Positions 42,365 through 56,829 of a DNA stretch of 64,000 nt are shown here, piece by piece. The notes under the pieces were generated by a model. The model had not been told where the DNA came from, did not search any database, and was given only the letters and a program-made list of their open reading frames with translations. This DNA is from Octopus vulgaris (Eukaryota). The stretch lies in assembly GCA_951406725.2 (NCBI GenBank), contig OX597833.1, forward strand, positions 49,662,001 to 49,726,000, given 5' to 3'. Both the position numbers and the translations under genes were made by a program. Every line of letters begins with the position of its first letter. Positions within the stretch are counted from its first letter, which is position 1.

Positions 42365-42616
42365 GTGGAGGCGCGTGGCTTAGTGGTTAGGGTGTCAGCT
42401 CCTTGATCGTAAGATTGTGGTTTCGATTCCTTGACCGTTGTGTTCTTGAGCAAAACACTTCATTTCACGTTGCTCCAGTCCACTCAGCTGGCAAAAATGA
42501 GTAACGCTGCGATGGACTGGCGTCCCGTCCAGATGGGAAATACATACGCCATTGAAACCGGGGAAACTGGGCTCAAGAGCCTGGCTAGACTTTAAAAGGG
42601 CGCACTTATTTATTTT
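42365..42616 (+). mobile_element. SINE group C with 12-bp TSD
   Basis: aatgtgaaaatc at 42353-42364 and 42617-42628. Confidence 0.92.
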
Positions 42617-43063
42617 AATGTGAAAATCACCAACATGGGTGTTTAAACAGCATTGTAGTCCTCTGAGCAACGAGATGCACTGGTGGCTAAGAGTATTTAT
42701 TTATTGATAGATATATAAATAGATATACAGCTAAATAACAATCAACAATCTTTTACAAGAAATATCACCAATACAACGACATAATACAATGAAGTGCATC
42801 CCCCATTAAAGTAGTACTTAATCTATTCATACAACTTTGTATTAATAAATTATTAGTGAATTCACAGTAGTGAGTACCAGATAGATATATAGATTAGCAA
42901 TTTGCTTTTAGCCCCATGGGGCTCCCAAGAAACAACCAGTGTATTCATGCCTTTAGAAGTCAATAGTCTCAAATGGATCACTTAGCTACAACACTATACA
43001 ATTATCCTGTTCTTTTTATATACGGTTAAATAACAGTCAACAGACTTTTACAAGAAATATCAC

Positions 43064-43107
43064 TAGATCAAAGCGTAGCATCTGTTCTTAGCTTAATATC
43101 TGATACG
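43064..43107 (+). pseudogene. U2: U2 snRNA internal fragment (branch-point pairing region and stem IIa)
   Basis: agatcaaagcgtagcatctgttctta---gcttaatatctgatacg versus invertebrate-type U2 AGATCAAAGTGTAGTATCTGTTCTTATCAGCTTAATATCTGATACG (recalled): 2 substitutions and a 3-nt deletion. Confidence 0.85.
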
Positions 43108-43369
43108 GTCCCTAATGAAATGCTTCCTCCACTTTTGTAATACTTAAAGTTTTTATGCCCCATCGTATTAATAAATTAGTACCAGTGATACACCGTATTA
43201 CGGAATACACCTGCAGATTACTACACATAAACCGTGATGTTTACGTTCGCCTATATATTCAGTGTTTGTTAAAATTTATAGATACATTCAACTGTTCGGT
43301 ATAGTACTAACCTATAATATATTACTTTAAAAACTCCTACAGTATCTCAAGATTCCCCACCTAAAGATT

Positions 43370-43673
43370 GTTGTTTTTTCCTTCTCGAGCCACGCCTGGC
43401 TCATAAGGGCCGGTTTCCCGGTTTCCTTGGCGTATAGGTTCCCCACCTTGATGGGACGTCGGTCCGTTGCAGGTGAGCTGCAAGATGCAGGAGGAAAGAG
43501 TGAGAAAATGTTGTGGCGAAAGAGTCAGCAGAAGTTCGCCATTACCTTCTTCCGGAGCCGCGTGGAGCTTAGGTGTTTCTCTCATAAACACACACATCGC
43601 CTGGTCTAAGATTCGAACCCGCGATCCCCCGACCGCGAGTCCGCTGCTCTAACTACTAGGCCATGTGCCTCCA
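43370..43673 (-). mobile_element. SINE group D (tRNA-Arg-like head) with 12-bp TSD
   Basis: tggcctagtagttagagcagcggactcgcgg...gggttcgaatc head; cacctaaagatt at 43358-43369 and 43674-43685. Confidence 0.92.
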
Positions 43674-44789
43674 CACCTAAAGATTACATATCTCGTTTTC
43701 ATATTAATCTATTGATAACATATTCAATAACAACATCAACCGCTTTAATAGTTTTATGTGAAACACAAATTAATTGGATAATGATGAGTACTATGAAAGG
43801 CAATTAAAGGTCTCACGTGAATGTAAGTAATCGAAAATTGAAACTGGATCACGAAATTAGATCATGAAATTATTTTGGTTCTTACAATAACAACGATAAA
43901 AATCGCTTTCAAATTATCACTGATATTCTCAATCACGTAGTTCACAGCCTTAATCCGCCTCTTTTACAAATTATACCGCCATCATTTATATACATTCTCA
44001 TGCAACTAAATATTCTAGATAGATGCAAATATTCTTGATGATGCAGCTAAATATACTCAATTCGCTGTTTTTGTGCTGATGTATTGTCTTCGTTTAATGC
44101 CTAGTTAACATTAAGGTCTCATTTATTAAATTCATATCTTGCTTCTGCACCATATAATGACGCCATGAAAATTCCATAATGAAATAGTTTGTAGATGAAG
44201 TTATAATCATTTCAAATATAAATCAAATTTGCAACCAGTTGTGCTCTCTATATATGCTGCATTTATGTAATATACTTGATCCTGATGAGTTTTCCCGTTT
44301 TCTTCCCTTGGCGGTAAAATGCTCTTGATTGTCAAACGCTTATCTGCTTTGAATCTTTAATGAACCATGAAATCATTTTGATAATGCTTTTTCCTCTTTC
44401 ATTTTCTTGATGCATTAAAGTTGAGCGATTACTCTCGTCAGCCACAAATGAAATTTGATCTTCTGTAGATATCTTTATCCGTGAAACTAATGATGCACAT
44501 TCGTGCAATCCGAAGAAAGATGTGCTGATCCAAAGTGATGTTGCTGCTTAAAGAAGGATATTATATCACTTTGCGTTACTTAAAGCTTCAGTTTAAAATG
44601 ACTGAGTGTTTTGTCCTTTGTCACATTTTTGCAATCTCATATGGTACGAATTGCCTCTCGAATGATGGCGGTTCACCAATCAGTCGAATCACAAACTTGG
44701 AGCCCCTACGAAAAGTGGAATAAATATACATAATAGATAAAAGTGAAACAACTACAACTGGGAAGTCAAGATTTCAAGGAGAACAAAAG

Positions 44790-45000
44790 CTGACCGCCTA
44801 CCCTTCGCTATGATAGATCGCTAGCCACTACACATTCTTTAATTTCGCTCCTTGTTTCTTTCTAGGTTACTTTCTGTGAAAGAGCGTTGGCTCGAAACGT
44901 TAAGGACTTTTTCACTTCCCGAGTGTTATATCAATATATCTGTTTGTTGTCTACACCACCTGTCTTCGACCTTTGTTTTTTTTTGTGAATTCTCCCCATA
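44790..45000 (+). mobile_element. Hammerhead-containing repeat family 2, degenerate core
   Basis: ctgtgaa a GAGC gttg GCTC GAAACGTT at 44874-44901, then about 100 bp homologous to 11877-11965. Confidence 0.6.
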
Positions 45001-45354
45001 TATTACACGCTCACATGGTCGTACCAATTGATCCTGTCTCCTCTCATCACACCTGAACTTCTACGGATTCTACCTGTCTTCTCTCATCACCCACCAACTT
45101 GTACTGGACTTTCTACACTTCATCTACACCTCTCCTGCCTATGGATTACACTGGACTCCTCTGTTGAGGAAAAGTTTCTCAGTGACACCCGTTTAATATT
45201 TCTCAGTCAGCATTTGATATATTGTAGTGGAACTGTTAATGACCAGGTCGCAGTAAATGGCTAAAGTATGTCTTCCACTTGCTAGACAAGTACATCTCCG
45301 AAATTTTGACCATGTTAAGAACAAAAATTATTTACATCAAAAGGTGCTTTTTTT

Positions 45355-45528
45355 CTATGAAAATCCCTACTTTTTACGATTTTTTTACTACTGTGTCGCC
45401 ATTTTTAGTGCATTTCAACTAGAAAAATGTTCACAAGCTACGTAAGGCAAAATTTTTACTTTTCAAAAATTCCAATTCTAAAGGGTCGGAGGGAAACAAA
45501 CCCGAGCAACGCCGGGTGATACTGCTAG
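45355..45528 (+). mobile_element. Helitron-like 3' terminus
   Basis: GC-rich hairpin cccgagcaacgccggg followed 8 nt later by CTAG|T. Confidence 0.7.
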
Positions 45529-46568
45529 TATGTCAATAAATGAATATACAACATGCTCATATGTTGATGTTATACCTCAATATGATTATTTCCAGATTTT
45601 TCTGCTGTAAATCGTACAGTATGGGTGGCTGCCATTTGAGTGAATTGTCCTTTTATGCTCTACGGAAATCACGTGTCTCCGACTTTCAGACAAGAATAAA
45701 AAATGTCTTACTCTTGCCAAATAGGCTTTTTGAAGATGAAAAACTTGTAGGAGCTGTACCATACCATTTCTACTCGTATGGCTACATCTAGCACTGCATT
45801 TTGTGGAAATGTCCATAACAAGTCTATACAGTGAGAGCTGTACTGGTTATATCGCAACACTAAGTATCGCTTGGTGAGAAATAAATAAACCATTCTCATA
45901 GCTAAAGATGCATTCTCCTTACTATAAGTCTATAAAACAATGATTTCTACACTTCACAAAAATTGTCTACAGACGTCGACAAAACATTGTTTATTTACCA
46001 TTAAGAAATCGATAAGTCTGTCACATAAGTACAACAAAATCGAAAGTAATCAAATTAGTGTGTGTCATTTGTGATGAATATAGCTGCATCGTTATTTGAC
46101 TAAACTCGATATTCTGGAATCAGTGCAATACTAAAATGGCGGATATATTTTAGTAATATAATATTAAATACCAAAATTAGAATTGTTTAGTTTCCCTTTG
46201 TTTTGTTTTTATGCATGGAGAAGACTAATGTCAAAAATTCGAAACATTTTCTGCTTAACTACTTTATTTTCTTGCTAACTTTATAACTTGTAAAGTTCAA
46301 CTTTAAGACAAATAAAATATTAAAATAATACAATATTTGTTATTTTTCGCAAGCATGTCTTGTCGAAGAGAACTTCGTAAATAAATTACGATAAAGAAAA
46401 GGCGAAATTTGTCTACACATAATGTCTTCTTACGTAAGTTCAAGACAATAATGCATTTGTGAGAGGAAAAAGTTAGGGAGACGTAAACAAACTAACAGTC
46501 GTTGATAAGTCGTGGTAAAGGACAAACAAAAAGGCACACACACACACACACACTCACACACACACACA

Positions 46569-46602
<34 letters not shown>

Positions 46603-46657
46603 TGATGCGTCTCCACACGGTTTCATTCACAAGATGTTGACCTTCCTGGGATTATAT

Positions 46658-46885
46658 ATCTCTTTACTGCCCACAAGGGGCTAAACATAGAGGAGACAAA
46701 CAAGGACAGGCAAGGGGATTAAGTCGATTATATCGACGCCAGTGCGTAACTGGTACTTAATTTATCGACACCGAAAGGATGAAAGGCAAAGCCGACCTAG
46801 GCGGAATTTGAACTCAGAACGTAACGGCAGACGAAATACGGCTACGCATTTCGCCCGGCGTGCTAACGTTTCTGCCAGCTCGCCG
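46658..46885 (-). mobile_element. SINE group B nested in a minus-strand SINE A (about 46465-46992)
   Basis: Full B monomer; imperfect flanking duplication cttcctgggattata / cttccggggactata. Confidence 0.88.
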
Positions 46886-47213
46886 TCTTCTTCCGGGGAC
46901 TATAGTAGAAGACACTTGCCCAAGATGCCTTGCAGTGGGACTGATCCCGAAACCAATATGGTTACAAAGCGAGTTTCTTAACCACACAGTCACATCGAAG
47001 TGAAAAGAAAATGAACCAGGTGAGAAATAACTCACAGTGGCCATTGTTAGTATTTATAAGACCAGAACAAATAAGGATATATTAAATAATATACAAAATA
47101 AACGCTTCATTTCTGGAAAATATACCCTACCTCCAGGGTAGAACAATCGGTTTGCATCACTTGGTAACCACTGGGCCATTGCGCCTCTCACACACACGCA
47201 CACGCATATATAC

Positions 47214-47259
<46 letters not shown>

Positions 47260-47349
47260 TATTTGCCAACTACGATTCCGAGCTGTTACTGTTTATCTCT
47301 CGCTCAGATATTTAATGTAATTTATCTCTTTCTCTTTCTCACTCACTCA

Positions 47350-49075
<1,726 letters not shown>

Positions 49076-50050
49076 CTTCATATTACTCGTCTCTCCAAAA
49101 GCTTATCCATCCATCCAGCAATCTATCTATGTATCAGATATACATACAAGTGTAGACATATGCCAATTAATTAATAGTTACAGTTTGAGCGTGTTTTTTC
49201 CTTCTTCTTTCTATTTAAATATGCATATATACAAGCATGGATGCATGAGTAAATGCACTCATGCGGATTAAGGTGCATTAAATTGCTTACTGGGACAAAC
49301 ATGTGTTTCTTTAAGCATGTATTTTTGTAATGCATAATATACATAGCTAACTTGCATGAGAACAGATTCTCTGTAATAACTACTGACATGTTGTGTTTGA
49401 ATAGTTGTGTATATTTGATTGAGTGTACGTAGAGCTGTGCATGTATTTGAGTGTACGTACAGCTGTGTATGTGTTTGTGTCTACGCGCACAGCAATATGT
49501 GTAGTTGTAGGCCTGTTGAACAACACACAAGCATATCCACTACAAACGTGTAGGATCAGGATGTATTCAAGTAACCTCTCTTAAATGAGATAGTCCTGTT
49601 TTATTTCAAATGTATTTCAGTAAACACTGATGTTAAGAGAATACTGACATGGCTACTTAACAAATTCTCCTTAACCATAGTAAATCAGCTTCACAAGCTA
49701 TATAGAAAGACATCTGTTGGAGGTTACTGAAGTTGATAATTTGATGAATAAAACTCGCATATAAACTCGCATAAAACCTTAATGGTTTCTGGTGTGGCAT
49801 TGTTGTAAATAAACTTTTAATGATGGGATATTTTCTAAAAGAAATTCAGGATTCAGGATCGTTGAATATGAAGTAAGTTCCACTTATCCTTCAGTCGAAT
49901 CTATTACCGGTTCCTGTTTCAAGTTCTCGTAAGATATTTACTTTGTACGCCACTGATGCTCTAGAAGCAGATGTGAAATCTCTGCTCTTAAATCTATCCG
50001 CACTCGCCGGCCCTTTACCAAATGTTTTTGAGCTCACAGAAGCTATTATA

Positions 50051-50624
50051 TTGGGTTGTCCGGAAAGTTCGTGCCGATTTTCAAAGGAAAGAAAAAGGTT
50101 AATAAATACTTGCCATTACCCAAGCTTTACCAGGTGCTCATGAACGACGGATTTTGATAGGTTGAGGCTTTCTGCCAATTCTCGGGTTGTGCAATGTTGA
50201 TTATTCTCAATTAATGACTTGATTTGGTCATCATCTGTGGTGGATGGTCTGTCTGATCGCTCTTTATCAATAAGGCTACAATCTCCAACTCGGAACTTTG
50301 CGAACAACTTCCGTACAGTTCTTTCGGATAAAGAAACATCACCGTAAACTGCACATATTTCTTTGGTTGCTTGTGAGGCATTTTCTCCTTTATGGAAAAA
50401 GAAAAGCATCAAGTGCCGAAAATGAACTTTCTTATCTTCCATTTTAAAGGGTTACAGAATTAACACAGGTTATAGGAACATAAACCTCCTTCCACGAAAA
50501 TATAGCTTAAACTGTGCTCTAAATGGAGGTGTAGTCAAACCCTATTTTCTGGACTCAAACATGTTCTGAAATAAGTCGAAAGGTAAGCTACTATAAATCG
50601 GCACGAACTTTCCGGACAACCCAA
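50051..50624 (-). mobile_element. Internally deleted mariner element with perfect 30-bp TIRs and TA TSD
   Basis: TA|TTGGGTTGTCCGGAAAGTTCGTGCCGATTT ... AAATCGGCACGAACTTTCCGGACAACCCAA|TA. Confidence 0.95.
50116..50442 (-). CDS. Truncated mariner transposase, N-terminal DNA-binding (double HTH) domain only
   Basis: MEDKKVHFRHLMLFFFHKGENASQATKEICAVYGD..SERTVRKLFAKFRVGD..ERSDRP..TTRELAESLNLSKSVVHEHLVKLG*; intact from ATG to a deletion-created stop. Confidence 0.8.
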   Translation of the reverse strand: MEDKKVHFRHLMLFFFHKGENASQATKEICAVYGDVSLSERTVRKLFAKFRVGDCSLIDKERSDRPSTTDDDQIKSLIENNQHCTTRELAESLNLSKSVVHEHLVKLG

Positions 50625-50837
50625 TAGTTTTTGTTGTTGTTTTTCTTTCAGTTTCAAAAATGAGATCTGATTGAAGAGAACAATAATGAAAAGCATTCCA
50701 GCATTCACCAAATGCTATATCCAAAAAAACATTGTCCCCAGTGAGTGACCAGACAGAGACGTGTCTGCTATTTCTAGCATGTTAAATAACAGCATAAACG
50801 CTTTCCTTATTGTATCTACAGCTCTAGTAAAACAATA

Positions 50838-51206
50838 CACTCTGTCGGTTATTATGACATGGGTTCCAGTTCTAATCAACGAAACAGCCTGCTCGTGAAA
50901 TTAACGTGCAGGTGACTGAGCACTCTACAGACACGCGTACCCTTAACATAGTTCTCGGGGAGATTCAGCGTGACACAGAGTGTGACAAGGCTGGCCCTTT
51001 GAAATACAGGTACAACAGAAACAAAGAGTGAGAGTAAGTTGTTGTGAAAGAGTACTGCAGGGTTCGCCACCCGCCCCCTATTAGAGCCTCGTGGAGTTTT
51101 AGGTGTTTTTGCTTAATAAACACTCAGAACGACTGGTCTGGGAATCGAAACCGCGATCCTACGATCGCGAATCCGCTGCCCTCACCACTGGGCCATTGCA
51201 CCTTCA
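50838..51206 (-). mobile_element. SINE group E, full length
   Basis: tRNA-like head plus body cacgttaatttcacgagcaggctgtt; matches 54945-55265. Confidence 0.9.
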
Positions 51207-51780
51207 CAAGACAATATAACAGAGTAATATTATGAATGTTTTGAATATAGATATAAGGTCTAAAATTTGGAGGAGAACTGGCAATTGTCTGGAGACTAGT
51301 ACTTGACTTGTACAATCGACCTCAGAAAGATGAAAGGCTTTGGTCCTGGGGTCAATTTGTTCGACTAAAGACGTTGCTACAGCATGGCCGCTGTCAAATG
51401 ACTGATAATATATACATATAGGCGTAGGAGTGGCTGTGTGGTAAGTAACTTGCTGACGAACCACATGGTAAACAAGGTAAATGAGAGACGGAAGATATTA
51501 ATACGAGAAATTTTCTTAATCACTACAATTGTTTCGATACATCTGGCATCGATCCCTCGCGGCTGGGTTACTTAACTACTGGTCCAGGAGCATCCGACGA
51601 TGTAGATGTGTCTCTTCGTGTGATAAAAAGATATAATTCGTTAAAAAAAGCAGTTCCGCCATGTATCTTCTCATTTCATGTAAATAAAAGCAGCAAATTA
51701 TATATATATGCGTGTATTCGCGTGTATGTATGTGTGTGATTTTGTATGTGAATTTATACACTCACAATTATATATATAAT

Positions 51781-52180
51781 TCTTTTACTCTTTTACTTGT
51801 TTCAGTCATTTGACTGCGGCCATGCTGGAGCACCGCATTTTTAGTCGAGCAAATCGACCCCGGGACTTATTCTTTGTAAGCCCAGTACTTATTCTATTGC
51901 CAAACCTCTAAGTGACGGGGACGTAAACACACCAGCATCAGTTGTCAAGCGATGCTAGGGGGACAAACACAGACACACAAACACACACACACACACACAT
52001 TTATATATACGTATATACGACAGGCTTCTTTCAGTTTCCGTCTACCAAATCCACTCACAAGGCATTGGTCGGCCCGGGGCTATAGCAGAAGACACTTGCC
52101 CAAGATGCCACGCAGTGGGACTGAACCCGGAACCATGTGGTTGGTTAGCAAGCTACTTACCACACAGCCACTCCTACGCC
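51781..52180 (-). mobile_element. SINE group A (young), head-to-head with the next copy
   Basis: Reverse complement of 52211-52639. Confidence 0.93.
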
Positions 52181-52210
52181 TACACATACAATTATATATT
52201 TATACACATA

Positions 52211-52375
52211 GGCGCAGGAGTGGCTGTGTGGTAAGTAGCTTGCTAACCATCCACATGGTTGCGGGTTCAGTCCCACTGCGTGGCATCTTGGGCAAGTGTC
52301 TTCTGCTATAGCCCCGGGCCGACCAATGCCTTGTGAGTGGATTTGGTAGATGGAAACTGAAAGAAGCCTGTTGTA

Positions 52376-52426
<51 letters not shown>

Positions 52427-52639
52427 ATGTTTATGTGTCTGTGTTTGTCCCCCTAGCATTGCTTGACAACCGATGCTGGTGTGTTTACGTCCCCGTCACT
52501 TTGCGGTTCGGCAAAAGAGACCGATAGAATAAGTACTGGGCTTACAAAGAATAAGTCCCGGGGTCGATTTGCTCGACTAAAGGCGGTGCTCCAGCATGGC
52601 CGCAGTCAAATGACTGAAACAAGTAAAAGAGTAAAAGAG
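52211..52639 (+). mobile_element. SINE group A (young), full length
   Basis: ggcgcaggagtggctgtgtggtaag to (gtaaaaga)2 tail. Confidence 0.93.
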
Positions 52640-53154
52640 TATACGATTATATCCACCCCAAAATTTCCCCACTCAAGTTTTATGTCGTAGAAGGATGAAC
52701 GGCAACATTTTAATTCAGAACGTTTTTTAAGATTGAGCTAATCAGCTGCTGTAACCAGGTGCGTTATAATGCTTATAAAAAAATTGGTTTTTCTGAAAAC
52801 AAACTACGAAAGGTAAAAACAAAATCGAAAGAGCATTATATTTATGTGTACATTAGTAATATTTGCGTGGATTTGTGTTCATAGAGTGTGCATATGTATG
52901 TATTTGTGCGCGCGTGTGTGTGTAGTTTCGTTTGCCTCTGTGTGTGTGAATGTGTCTTTGTTTTCCTCTGTGTGTATGTGAGTGTGCATGTGTGTTTGTG
53001 TGTGTGCGGTTATTTATAAAATCTTGTGGTCTGTATTCTGCAGAATAGGAGGTAGTTTCCAGGTGAAACAGTGAAACAATTTATGGTACCTGTGTGCAGA
53101 GGAATTTTACTGAACATATGCCTTAAAGGAACATTTGTAAAGTCAATATTTAGT

Positions 53155-53813
<659 letters not shown>

Positions 53814-53819
53814 TGATGG

Positions 53820-54030
53820 GTTGTTGCCAACTTAATGTGGCAGTCTAAGGAAAGGGAAGAATGCTACTGTTATTTAACCCCAAGAAACATCGTTTCTAGT
53901 TGGCTATATAACACAAGCGTTCTCTGTCCTTAAGTTTTCAAACAGGGGAGATAAGCACCTCCACCCAGCAAAGCCAGTAATCGGAGACTAGTTTCAGAGT
54001 CATTGCTCTTCATCAGAAGCTTGGCTTGTT
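53820..54030 (-). mobile_element. Hammerhead-containing repeat family 1, diverged copy
   Basis: Body homologous to 35283-35420 and 59856-60018, with the hammerhead core at the same relative position. Confidence 0.7.
53986..54016 (-). ncRNA. Minimal hammerhead ribozyme core
   Basis: CTGATGA AGAG caatga CTCT GAAA C ta G TC; palindromic ACTAGT stem III; proximal stem I does not pair in this copy. Confidence 0.6.
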
Positions 54031-54220
54031 AGCTGTCGATGCTTATTCGACTTTGAAAACTTACAGAATTTCAAGTGAAATAAATTCACTGATCTACAAA
54101 ATTAAAAATATTGTTATACTGTAGCAGCACAATAATGTGGTGGTTTGTTGCTCAGAGAGATTTATAGTCTCTCTAAGAGATTTAGAAATGCAATATTTCA
54201 AATACATACATCTCACTATA

Positions 54221-54294
54221 AATACACAGCGTGTTGAAACAACCAAAGTAAGCTAACAGAAATTTGCTTTCCCCGTTTCAACACGCTGTGTATT
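54221..54294. repeat. 20-bp perfect inverted repeat, probably a 66-bp TA-flanked MITE
   Basis: aatacacagcgtgttgaaac ... gtttcaacacgctgtgtatt, 34-nt spacer. Confidence 0.85.
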
Positions 54295-54361
54295 GAATGT
54301 GACAAAAAAGTGAAAAATGTGGTTAGACGATCTAAAGTCTATTTTTTAGTATATTGGCATA

Positions 54362-54582
54362 CTCTTTACTCTCTTTTACTCTTTTACTTGTTTCAGTCAT
54401 TTGACTGCGACCATGCTGGAGCACCGCCTTTAATCGAGTAACTCGACCCCGGGACTTATTCTTTTGTAAGCCCAGTACTTATTCTATCGGTCTCTTTTGC
54501 CGAACCGCTAAGTAACGGGGACATAAACACACCAGCATCGGTTGTCAAGCAATGCTAGGGGGACAAACACAGACACACAAAC

Positions 54583-54613
<31 letters not shown>

Positions 54614-54784
54614 CATATATACGACAGGCTTCTTTCAGTTTCCGTCTACCAAATCCACTCACAAGGCATTGGTCGGCCCGGGGCTATAGCAGAAGACACT
54701 TGCCCAAGATGCCACGCAGTAGGACTGAACCCGGAACCATGTGGTTGGTTAGCAAGCTACTTACCACACAGCCACTCCTGCGCC
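54362..54784 (-). mobile_element. SINE group A (young), full length
   Basis: Reverse complement of 52211-52639. Confidence 0.93.
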
Positions 54785-54944
54785 TAGAAAAAATTTTCTT
54801 TTGTCCTTATTTATAATTCTTTATAATTTTTATCTTAAAAGCTATTTTAATATGCTGGCCACTGTTAAGATTTTTTTGAAAAGTTTTATCCTTATATTAG
54901 AAGTATATATAAACACATACAAACACATACACACATGGATGGAA

Positions 54945-55265
54945 GCACTCCGTCGGTTACGACGACGAGGGTTCCGGTTGATCCGATCAACGGAACAGCC
55001 TGCTCGTGAAATTAACGTGCAAGTGGCTGAGCACTCCACAGACACGTGTACTCTTAACGCAGTTCTCGGGGATATTCAGCGTGACACAGAATGTGACAAG
55101 GCTGGCCCTTTGAAATACAGGTACAACAGAAACAGGAAGTAAGAGTGAGAGAAAGTTGTGGTGAAAGAGTACAGCAGGGATCACCACCATCCCTGCCGGA
55201 GCCTCGTGGAGTTTTAGGTGTTTTCGCTCAATAAACACTCACAACGCCCGGTCTGGGAATCGAAC
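54945..55265 (-). mobile_element. SINE group E, 5'-truncated in the head
   Basis: Matches 50838-51150. Confidence 0.9.
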
Positions 55266-55830
55266 ATACACACATACACACTCATACACACATATGTATG
55301 TATATATGCTTACATAAATTAAGATATGGCACAGCAGAATGACAAAAGGAACCTGGGGGAAACAAACAAGAAAAGACTAACATGCAATGGGCTTGGACAA
55401 GCATATCCACCATGTGTTATATATGCATGTGTATGTATATACGTGTGTGTATGTTTGCGTGTGTGGAAGTTACAAGTGTGTACGCGCGCGAGCGTGTGCA
55501 TGTGTATATGTGTGAGTGTGTGTGTGTGTGTTTGTTCACACCAGCTTATGACAGCCGGTGCTGTTTTGTTTGTCTTCGGTCAAATCGCTGGGCAGAATAA
55601 GTAGCAGGCTGAAAAGAATCCAAAGTAATGAGTCGATTTGGTCGACTAAAAACCCTTCTAGGCAGTACTCCAGCATGGCCGCACACCAGTAACTGAACCA
55701 AGTAAAAGATAAATAAGAAAAACATAAAAGATCCATTAATGGGTAAAATAACTGGACTTTTTCCTCGTCTATGGGTGAAAACACAGAGATGAAAATCAGA
55801 GTCTTACAAAGGACGAATAAGAAGAGACCT

Positions 55831-56056
55831 ATTTGTTTACTACCCACAAGGGGCTAAACACAGAGGGAGCAAACAACAGACAAATGGATTAGGTCGATTA
55901 CATCGACACCAGTGCGTAACTGGTACTTATTTAATCGACCCCGAAAGGATGAAAGGCAAAGTCGACCTCAGCGGAATTTGAACTCAGAACGTAGCGACAG
56001 ATGAAATACCGCTAAGCATATCACCCGGCGTGCTTACGCTTCTGCCAGCTCGTCGT
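55831..56056 (-). mobile_element. SINE group B monomer with 17-bp TSD
   Basis: cgaataagaagagacct at 55814-55830 and 56057-56073. Confidence 0.93.
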
Positions 56057-56681
56057 CGAATAAGAAGAGACCTCCCTACCTTCTCTGTGTAACACAGGAA
56101 TGAATCATAATGCATGAAAGCATAATAGCATTGACAGGAAAGAGGCTTAAGCCTCGATCTTAATCTTGTTTTATGCGAGAAATTTTAGCCACCATATTTA
56201 CCGCAAACGACCGGTTTGTGGTTGTAGATCGAACCATTGCGTGCAAGTTAATCTCTTTGCTGTGAAAATAGAGATTGTCTGAATCATAAAGAGCATGAGG
56301 TTGATTTGAACTGAAAGGAAAAGGAATCTAGACTATAAAATTTCTCAAGAACTGTCTCGCCTTTATGGCGAGGAAATGAAATAATCTTCGTAACTTTATT
56401 TAATTTAACCTTTCACCTCTTTCCTGATTTCTATACCTAAACTCATTTAAACTGTTAATAACGCAATTTTGAACTGAATATATTTTTGATAGAGACATAA
56501 TTTTCCATTAAATAGATTTTCAGTAACTGCTCAGAAAGAAAAGAAAAACTGAAAAATCGACACACGTTTACGACATATTAGAATGGAAGACTTTAAATGG
56601 ATAAAAAGTTGATTAATGTTGTTATTGTTTGTTGTCCAATATATATGTTTATATATATATATATATATATACATATATACA

Positions 56682-56754
<73 letters not shown>

Positions 56755-56829
56755 GTATATAATATATATAAATATATATATATATCAATGATAAATCTCA
56801 GAGCGAGTTATAAACAGTAGCGGTAACAC

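Noticed and set aside
43600-43673. tRNA gene
   Set aside because: tRNA-like head continues into a SINE body and is enclosed by a TSD
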